Program-made: the position numbers and the translations under genes
NCBI GenBank assembly: GCA_026936335.1
Contig: JAPMXV010000044.1
Coordinates: forward strand, 1-64,000
Source: Mantamonas sphyraenae STR306
Taxonomy: Eukaryota > Protista > CRuMs
Length of the DNA: 64,000 bases
Direction: 5' to 3'
The notes under the pieces: generated by a model
Database searches by the model: none
What the model saw: only the letters and a program-made list of their open reading frames with translations
What the model was told of the DNA's origin: nothing
Part shown: positions 56,793-64,000 of the stretch, piece by piece
Position numbering within the stretch: position 1 is the first letter of the stretch
Layout: each line of letters opens with the position of its first letter

Positions 56793-59700
56793 ATGGTTAG
56801 TCCTCACCTCTCCAGCACCATGTGCAAAAGCACCCCGACACTCACACTGCGATGTTCCGTTCCTAACCCTGGTGTGTTGTGCAGTCTGTCATCGGAATCG
56901 ACTTTGGAAATCTGAACGTGGTTGTCGGCGCTGCTCGCAAGCGAGGCATCGACATCCTGCTGGACTCCTCCAGCAACCGCCAGACCCCGTACGTTGCCAT
57001 ATGCACACCACAGAACCTGTTTCTTGCCCTTTCATGCCGCTGGGTCTCTTTTCTACCCTGCACTGCATCCCTGTAGCCTCCCACACACACTGACACCGCC
57101 TTGTGCAACTTTCCGCATTTTCCGCCGTTTCCGCACGCGCAGCAACCTCGTGGTTTTCACCGACCAGGCCCGCCAGATGGGCGAATTCGGAGCGCCCATG
57201 GTACGTTGTCTATCTGTGTGGAGGCTACGCACGCCGGCCGCGTGCGGTCCGCGTGTGCTTGCGCCCACAGGCTCCAGAGCGGAATGCGGAAACTCGCGTC
57301 AGCAAATCCTTCCGCCGCCACGTCCCAACCCCCACACGTCCGCACACGCCGCACAACATCACTCACACACTCGTCCATGGGGCGTCTCATGTTGAACCCA
57401 ACAGGCCATGCAAAACTACAAGAACGCCATCACGAACGCCAAGCGTCTCGTCGGACTCAAGTACAACGACCCGCGTGCCCAGCAGGAACTGGAGCGCTGG
57501 CAGTACCCGTTCAAGGTCGTCGAAATGCCCGACGGCTCCTGTGGCTACCAGGTGCGCCTGAACGGCGAGTCCATGACCGTGTCTGTGGAGCAGGTGTTGT
57601 CCATGATCCTTGGACACATCAAACGCAACGCTGAGCGCGAGAACGCAGGAGCCGTGGCCAGCGACGTCGTCATTGCCGTCCCAGCCTACTGGACCGACGC
57701 TCAGCGCCGCGCATTCCTGGACGCAGCCGAAATTGCCGACCTCAAGGTGTCGCGCCTTGTCAACGACACCACCGCCGCCGCTGTCCAGTACGGCTTCCCC
57801 ATCCCAGTCAAGCAGTTTGAGGGTGGTCTTACGCGAACCGTTGCCTTTGTCGACTGCGGTCACGCCGACCTGCAGGCATCCATTGTCACCTTTGATGCCG
57901 AGGGTCTGCGCGTCAAAACCATCCGCTGCGACGAGAACCTGGGCGGCCGCGATTTTGACCGTCTGCTGTACGACCACTTTGTTGCACAGTTCAAGACCAC
58001 CTACGGCATCGACATCAACACCAACCCCAAGGCGCGCCTGCGTCTGGAGAAGGCTGTGGAGAAGATGAAAAAGACCCTGAGCGCAAACTCGGAGGCTGGA
58101 CTGTCGGTGGAGTGCATCATGGACGACGTGGATGTCAAGGGCAGCATCACACGCGACGAGTTTCTGGAAATGGCCGAGCCGCTGTTCCAGCGCGTGATCA
58201 ACACCCTGACCGCACTGCTTGACGACGCCAAGCTCGAAGAGGGCCAGCTGGACTCTGTGGAGATTGTCGGCGGCACAACACGCATGCCCAAGATGAAGGA
58301 GATCATCGCAAGCGCGTTTGGCATGGACGTGAACAACACGCTGAACAACGAGGAGGCTCTGGCAAGCGGCTGCAGCTGGGCTGCGGCCATGCTCAGCACC
58401 TTCAAGAAGATGAAGAAGTACACGGTGCACGACTGCACCCTGTACCCCATCAAGTTGGTGTGGAAGAGCGCCGAGGCCTCGTCGGACAACGTGTACAAGA
58501 GCTCCAACGTGTTCAAGCACTTCAACAACTTCCCCAGCACCAAGCTGCTTTCCCTGTACCAGTTTGACAGCTTTGACATCCACGCCGAGTACAGTGACCC
58601 CGAGCTGCTGCCCACAGGCACCCTGCCCCACATCGCCGACTTTCACGTGTCCGGCCTGCCCAACGAAACCAGCGGCAAGATCAAGGCCCGTGTGCGCCTG
58701 GACCTCCACGGATTGGTGTCTGTCGAGTCGTGCACCCTGCACGACGAGGTCGAACTCACCGAAGAGGAGATCAAGGCCGAGGCCGAGGCACAAGCCAAGG
58801 ACGACAAGGGCAACTCCAGCGGCGACTCTATGGACGTGAGTTATTTGTACCCCACCCCCCCCCCCCCCACCCCCCCCCTTCTTTCCCTGCCTTTTCGCGC
58901 GTGTACGTGCATGTGTGTGTGCTTGTGGGTGTGTGTTTGTGCGCATTCGTGCCCCCCCCCTCCTTTGCTAGCAATGATGATTTTCAGGTACAATCTGTCA
59001 GTCCTCTGACCGATCGGTTGAAGAAAACATACCAAAATCCACCGGCACAAATCAAGAATCCGCCAGGTGGCTGAGCTACGCAGCAGCAGATGTGTGCCAC
59101 ATTGTTGTTCTCCCAGCACCGCACCACACCTTGGCTGACACCACACACACAATCGACGACTGACGACACACGACAGACGGAGCCGTCCAAGTCAGAAGAC
59201 GGAGAGGAGGGCGCCAAGACAAAGAAGGTCAAGACGCCGCTGACGGTGACGACGACATCGAGCGCCATGACGTACCAGCAGGTGCAGGACGCCAAGGAGC
59301 TGGAGGGCAAGCTGATGGCTGCAGACAACCTTGTGGCGGCCACTGCCGATGCACGCAACTCGCTCGAGTCGTTTGTGTACGACACGCGCTACAAGGTGGA
59401 GTCTGAATTGGCGCCGTACTGCACGGAGCAGTTCCGCACAGACTTTCTCGGTTCGCTGTCGGCCGCTGAGGAGTGGCTGTACGAAGACGGCTACGACGCA
59501 ACCAAGAGCGTGTACGACGACAAGCTGAAGCAGCTGCGCGCACCGCTCAAACCCGTGCAGGCGCGCTACAACGACGACCAGACGCGTGACATCGCAGCCA
59601 CAGAGCTCAAGAGCCTCACGCAGCACCTTATCTCGGAGGCGCAGTCGGGCGACGCCAAGTATGAGCATTTGGCTGCCGAGGATCTGCAAAAGGTCGTCGA

Positions 59701-60010
59701 CACGGCCACCGCTGCCGAACAGTGGCTGGAAGCCTCCATGGCAGAGCAACAGGGACGTGACCGTACCTTGGACGCAGTGATCACCACCAAGGAGATCAAC
59801 GAGCGCAAGGATGCAGTCAACTACACCTGCCAGCCCATCCTGACCAAGAAGAAGGTCGAGGTGCCCAAGCCCAAGAGCACCGGCAGCAGCAGCAGCAGCA
59901 ACAATGACAACAAGGATGACGCCTCGGCCGACGACACGGCCCAGGACTCGGCCAACACCGAGGACGCAGCCAACGCCGCCGACGAGCCCGTCGAGGATGA
60001 TCTCGATTGA
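56793..60010 (+). CDS. Hsp110 (HSPA4/Sse1-like) chaperone, spliced
   Basis: M|SVIGIDFGN, SNRQTP, LVNDTTAAA, LGGRDFD, VEIVGGTTRMP, KARVRLDLHG, RNSLESFVY, EEWLYEDG. Confidence 0.93.
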
Positions 60011-60050
60011 GAAAGAAACAACCAATGCTTCCCACCCACCACACCGATGT

Positions 60051-63038
60051 TCATTCCTGTCGTTGCTCCCGTGCGACCAGTACGTGCATTGACCCTGCGC
60101 CACGCGAGGCGTTGACCTCCCACATGAGCGTAGTCAGGCTGGCAAAGTGACCGGCCCACCGTGCGTTGTCGAATAGGGGCATGGAGAGCCTGTTGCGGCG
60201 TAGAGTTTGGGCCATGGCGAGCCTGCGCGAGGACGATTGGCCGAGATCGACGGCCAGGCGGACATAGGCCTCGGGAGATTGAACCACCATGTCGGGCACA
60301 CCAATGGCATAGGAAAGGGACATGGCCACACGCGAAGGCATCTTGACCAAGGGCATGGTGACCATGGGCACGCCGGCCCAAAGGACATCTGTGGCCACTG
60401 TGTGGGCGTTGTAGTGCGGCGAGTCGAGGTGGACGTCCGCCGCCATGGCTCGACGCAAGTGGTCTTCCTTGGCCACCAGATCGGCCATGATGAGGCGGTC
60501 GGGGTTGATACCGTGGCGCTGTGCTGCTCGTTTGAGGATAGGCGAGGCCTCGGGCACATTGGAGAGGAGCCAGAGCACGGATCCATCGACCTGCTTCAGA
60601 ATGTTCATCCACAGGGCAAACGTGTCCTTGTCCAGCTTGTAGAGCTGATTGAAGCTGCTGTACACAATGGCATTGTCAGGGATGCCGTACTTGGCGCGCA
60701 TGGCGCGTCTGTGCTGGACAAGAAGCGAGGGTTCGAGCTCGTCGCCCAGCTGCGTTTCCTGCTCCCGCGAGATGTTGAGCAGCTGCGTCCACGGGTAAAC
60801 GTGTGCGTGTTCGGCCAGTTGGTAGGTGTTTGGCATGAGGGCCAGTTTTTCGCTGTAAAAGTGCTGGTGTGTTGGGTCGCTGGATTTGCTGTCGGTGACG
60901 ATGTAGTGGTGGAATGTGGAGCCCGACGTGCTGGGGAAGCCCAGAAAGTTGACCACAACAGGAGCAGGATGCAGAGCCATCACCTCCATGCGGCCGTTGC
61001 TCGTGTGGCCGTTGAGATCGACGGCGATGTGCATACCATCCGCGACGATCTGTTTCGCCAGCTCGACCGAGCCCATCGCGCCCACAAACTTGAAGTGATC
61101 CACGTTCTGTTCCAAGGCCTTGCGCACGCGCGACTCATCGCTGCTGGCCAGCGAGTAAGCGGTTGTCTCCAGGCGCTGCCGATCCAGGAGAGCCAGCATC
61201 GGTTCGAGCTGTCGCCCCACTGCATGGTTGCGTAGATCGCTGGACAACAGACCGATGCGCAGGCGAGGGTCATCATTGGCCACGCGCTGCCCTTTTGCAT
61301 CCGCAGTGAGCAGCGGCTGCGCCAGCGAGACCGCGCCGGATCTCACTGCAAGCTTGCGAGCCTGCAGCTGAGCAATGCGCAGCAAGGTCGCTTCGTCGAT
61401 TTGTGGGTACAGCAAGGCAGCAAATGGAAGCACCGACGAGTCGTCCGAGGCGTTGAGCTTGTGGTCGGGTCCATCGAGGAGGGCGAGATCGCGAGCCAAC
61501 AGCGTCAGCATCGCTGGCATGTATGCGTCGCGCTGTTCCCAGTCGCACATGCGTGTGAGGGTGTGGACCAACGATCCCAGAGCCTGGTGGGTGGGATCCA
61601 GGGCGTGTGCTCGCTTGTACGCGTCGACAGAGTCCTGCAAATGGCCAAGCTCGTAGTGAGCCGATCCCAGATTGCTCCAAAACGCAGCCGAGTCCGGTTG
61701 AAGCTGCGCAGCGTGTTTGTGCGCTTTCACAGCCTCGTTCAGTTTGCCCATGCGTATATATGCGTTGCCCAAGTTGCTGTATGCGTCTGCGTACGTGCTG
61801 TCGATCTGCAGGGCCCGCTCGTACATGGCTGCGGCCTCGTGCAGCTTGTACTGGGCAAAGCGCAGGGCCCCTGCATTCATCCAGTAGTGCGGATCGTCGG
61901 GGTTCACGTCGATTGCACGTTGAAATCCTTCGTCAAAGGCTTGCTGCAGGTGGCCCAGCTGCATCAAGACATTGCCAATGTTTGTGTAGGCCTCGCCATT
62001 GTTGGGATCCAAGGCCACCACCTGTCGCAGCTCGTCCAGGCTGCGTTCCAGGTTGCCGGCCTCTTGCAGGGCCCCGGCGAGCTGGTAGCGGTAGGTTGGA
62101 TCGGGAGAAACCTGGACAGCACGTTCGAAGCAGGCCACCGCGGCTTTGTAATCGCCGAGGGCACGATAAGCATTTCCCAGGTTGTTGTGTGTGTTTGCTT
62201 GTTGCGGATCCAGCTCGATGGACTTTCGAAACACACGGACGGCGTCACTGTGTTGGCCCAGCTGGGCGAGCAGATTGCCGTAGTTGTACCACGTGCGTCC
62301 GTTGGCACTGTCGAGGTCCAGTGCCCGCTTGTATGCATCACTGGCCTCTTGGATGCGGCCAAGGTTCTTGAGGGCCGCCCCTCGGTTGGCGTGTGCATCG
62401 GCAAAGGTGGGACGCAACGCAAGCGCCTGGTCATAGTCTGCCACAGCACGAGGCAGTTGGTTGAGCATGTGCAGGATGGTACCACGCATAAAATAGTCCA
62501 GAGACAGGCTGTGTTTGCCCTGGTCGGACGAGAGGTCAAGTTCACGTCGGTGGAGGGCGACAAGAGCTGTGTACGAGTCGACTGCGGCGGCATACCTGCC
62601 TAGGATACGCTGGGCCGTGGCCAGCTTGGCCAAACCAGGGGAGAAGGATGGAGCCAGGCGTCGCACTTCTTGCAACGCCGCCTCTTGCTCCGCGTGCTTT
62701 CGCTGGCGTTCGTAGACGGAGGCGAGATGGAAGTGGCCATTGGGGTTGTTTGGATACAGGCGCGTGGCGTCCTGGGCACACACCAGGGCGGCGTCGAGGT
62801 CGTTGGCGTTAAACAGACGCACTGTTTCTTGGAGGAGGGCCTGGGCGTCAACAGATCCGGCGGGCCGAGAAGCAAGGGCGGCGCAGAGGACACCTCGTGC
62901 GCGGCCGTGCGAGTGGCTAATCTTTGTTTTGGCCTTTGCGGCAGCCCGGCGCAAGGTGGGGCGTGCGTGCACGTGGTGCAGAAGCACAAGCAACACAAGG
63001 AGCAGATGGAGGTGGAGGAGTTTGCAGCGACGGGACAT
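60051..63038 (-). CDS. TPR-containing GT41 O-GlcNAc transferase/SPY-like protein with predicted signal peptide
   Basis: Many TPR repeats, LRIGLLSSDLRNHAV, DLNGHT, FLGFPST, SFNQLYK, YNAHTVATDVLWAGVPMVT, PLFD. Likely start MSRRCKLLHLHLLLVLLVLL. Confidence 0.9.
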   Translation of the reverse strand: MSRRCKLLHLHLLLVLLVLLHHVHARPTLRRAAAKAKTKISHSHGRARGVLCAALASRPAGSVDAQALLQETVRLFNANDLDAALVCAQDATRLYPNNPNGHFHLASVYERQRKHAEQEAALQEVRRLAPSFSPGLAKLATAQRILGRYAAAVDSYTALVALHRRELDLSSDQGKHSLSLDYFMRGTILHMLNQLPRAVADYDQALALRPTFADAHANRGAALKNLGRIQEASDAYKRALDLDSANGRTWYNYGNLLAQLGQHSDAVRVFRKSIELDPQQANTHNNLGNAYRALGDYKAAVACFERAVQVSPDPTYRYQLAGALQEAGNLERSLDELRQVVALDPNNGEAYTNIGNVLMQLGHLQQAFDEGFQRAIDVNPDDPHYWMNAGALRFAQYKLHEAAAMYERALQIDSTYADAYSNLGNAYIRMGKLNEAVKAHKHAAQLQPDSAAFWSNLGSAHYELGHLQDSVDAYKRAHALDPTHQALGSLVHTLTRMCDWEQRDAYMPAMLTLLARDLALLDGPDHKLNASDDSSVLPFAALLYPQIDEATLLRIAQLQARKLAVRSGAVSLAQPLLTADAKGQRVANDDPRLRIGLLSSDLRNHAVGRQLEPMLALLDRQRLETTAYSLASSDESRVRKALEQNVDHFKFVGAMGSVELAKQIVADGMHIAVDLNGHTSNGRMEVMALHPAPVVVNFLGFPSTSGSTFHHYIVTDSKSSDPTHQHFYSEKLALMPNTYQLAEHAHVYPWTQLLNISREQETQLGDELEPSLLVQHRRAMRAKYGIPDNAIVYSSFNQLYKLDKDTFALWMNILKQVDGSVLWLLSNVPEASPILKRAAQRHGINPDRLIMADLVAKEDHLRRAMAADVHLDSPHYNAHTVATDVLWAGVPMVTMPLVKMPSRVAMSLSYAIGVPDMVVQSPEAYVRLAVDLGQSSSRRLAMAQTLRRNRLSMPLFDNARWAGHFASLTTLMWEVNASRGAGSMHVLVAREQRQE

Positions 63039-63121
63039 GGGCGACGGAAAAAGGACTGGCCGCGGTGGTGCGCTTGCGAAGCCGCGCACAGGCAACCAAC
63101 CCCAAATTCGAACCAGACAGC

Positions 63122-63708
63122 ATGTTTTCGCGCAGCGCAAAGAGCAGCACGCAGTGTGTGTCCCCTTTGGTGGACGCCCTGCGCAGCCAGGCGTACTCGT
63201 CGGGCCAGCGCATCCGCGCGGGCTCGGTAAACAAGGTGACCCTGCTGGGCAATGCCGCAAAGGGTGAGTGAGAGTGCACTCGTGTGTAGCAGATGGGACA
63301 GAAGAGAGGAGAGGGAAAGGCAGGGGAAATGGGGTGGTGCTGGATGGTTGGGCAAGAAGAATTGTGACTGACTCAGGACGAGCAGAGCCTGAGGTGACCG
63401 AGTTTTCCAACGGCAACTCGGTGACAAAGTTCTCACTGGCCACGAACGAGTCGTGGAAGAACGCACAGGGGGAGTATGTAACCAACACGGAGTGGCACAA
63501 CGTGTGTGTGTGGAGCGACGCGCTGCAGGACGTGGCCAACAAGTACGTGCGCCGCGGGTCCATGGTCTACCTCGAGGGCAAGATCACCAGCTACACGTAC
63601 AAGGGCAATGATGGAGAGGAACGCAAGGGAGTGCAGATCGACGTTCCGCGCTACTCGGGTGTGCTGCAGGTGTTGTCTCAGGATGGCGAGGATGAGGTGC
63701 CCATTTGA
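63122..63708 (+). CDS. Mitochondrial single-stranded DNA-binding protein, spliced
   Basis: SVNKVTLLGN, FSLATNESW, TEWHNV, RGSMVYLEGKI, with a targeting-like N-terminus. Confidence 0.92.
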
Positions 63709-63737
63709 AGCGGGAAAGAACGCGGCAGCGTTCATGT

Positions 63738-64000
63738 TCATTTGCTCGAGCCAAATGCAGCCTCAAACAATGCAGCCATCCCAGAGTCTTTGCTGAGGCC
63801 ATGTTGCTCCTGATAGGAGTGGTAGGAGTCGAGGATTTTGGAGTATGCGTCTTGGAAAAGGACCTGTGGGCCGTCAACAGCGCCGCTTGCGTTGCCACCC
63901 GAGCTGCTTGAGCTGTTGCGTGTGTTCTTGTGCGTGCTGCTGAGTGCAATGATGGCCATGAGCACGCCGTACAGTGCCCGTTTGGGCTGCTTGTCGTTGA
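63738..64000 (-). CDS. 3' end of a hypothetical gene running off the window
   Basis: Open minus-strand frame ending next to the SSB stop. Confidence 0.4.
   Translation of the reverse strand, partial: NDKQPKRALYGVLMAIIALSSTHKNTRNSSSSSGGNASGAVDGPQVLFQDAYSKILDSYHSYQEQHGLSKDSGMAALFEAAFGSSK

Noticed and set aside
63039-63563. N-terminal extension of the 1170-aa OGT-like ORF
   Set aside because: It overlaps the mtSSB gene on the opposite strand; an internal ATG at 63038 is more plausible.

Overview
This window is the left end of a compact, intron-containing microbial eukaryote chromosome. It starts with a (CCCTAA)n telomere, followed by subtelomeric orphan/LRR genes and about 20 closely packed host genes (TrmL-like, CTL/PNS1, PPTase, Elp4, ankyrin-PKD/TRP channel, cytochrome b5 reductase, atypical E2F, DLST, WDR48, Nudix, VPS9, iGluR-like, Ypi1, Hsp110, OGT-like, mtSSB). 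The main result is three divergent mobile elements, each encoding a giant (~1,800-2,100 aa) TnpB/Fanzor-type protein with an intact C-terminal RuvC triad and zinc finger. In elements 1 and 3 the N-terminal part carries XPG/FEN1 (PIN-fold) nuclease motifs; in element 2 it carries USP-like cysteine-protease motifs. Elements 1 and 3 share ~22-bp imperfect terminal inverted repeats, mostly abutting TA. An intact DD34E IS630/Tc1-mariner transposase lies between the first two Fanzor-like genes, and short non-coding right ends are candidate omegaRNAs. Element 3 is flanked by a ~440-bp direct duplication that leaves both neighbouring host genes intact. The empty-site copy of that duplication has an indel about where the element's flank-derived guide would direct cutting. 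All domain calls are by-eye motif recognition; no searches were run.
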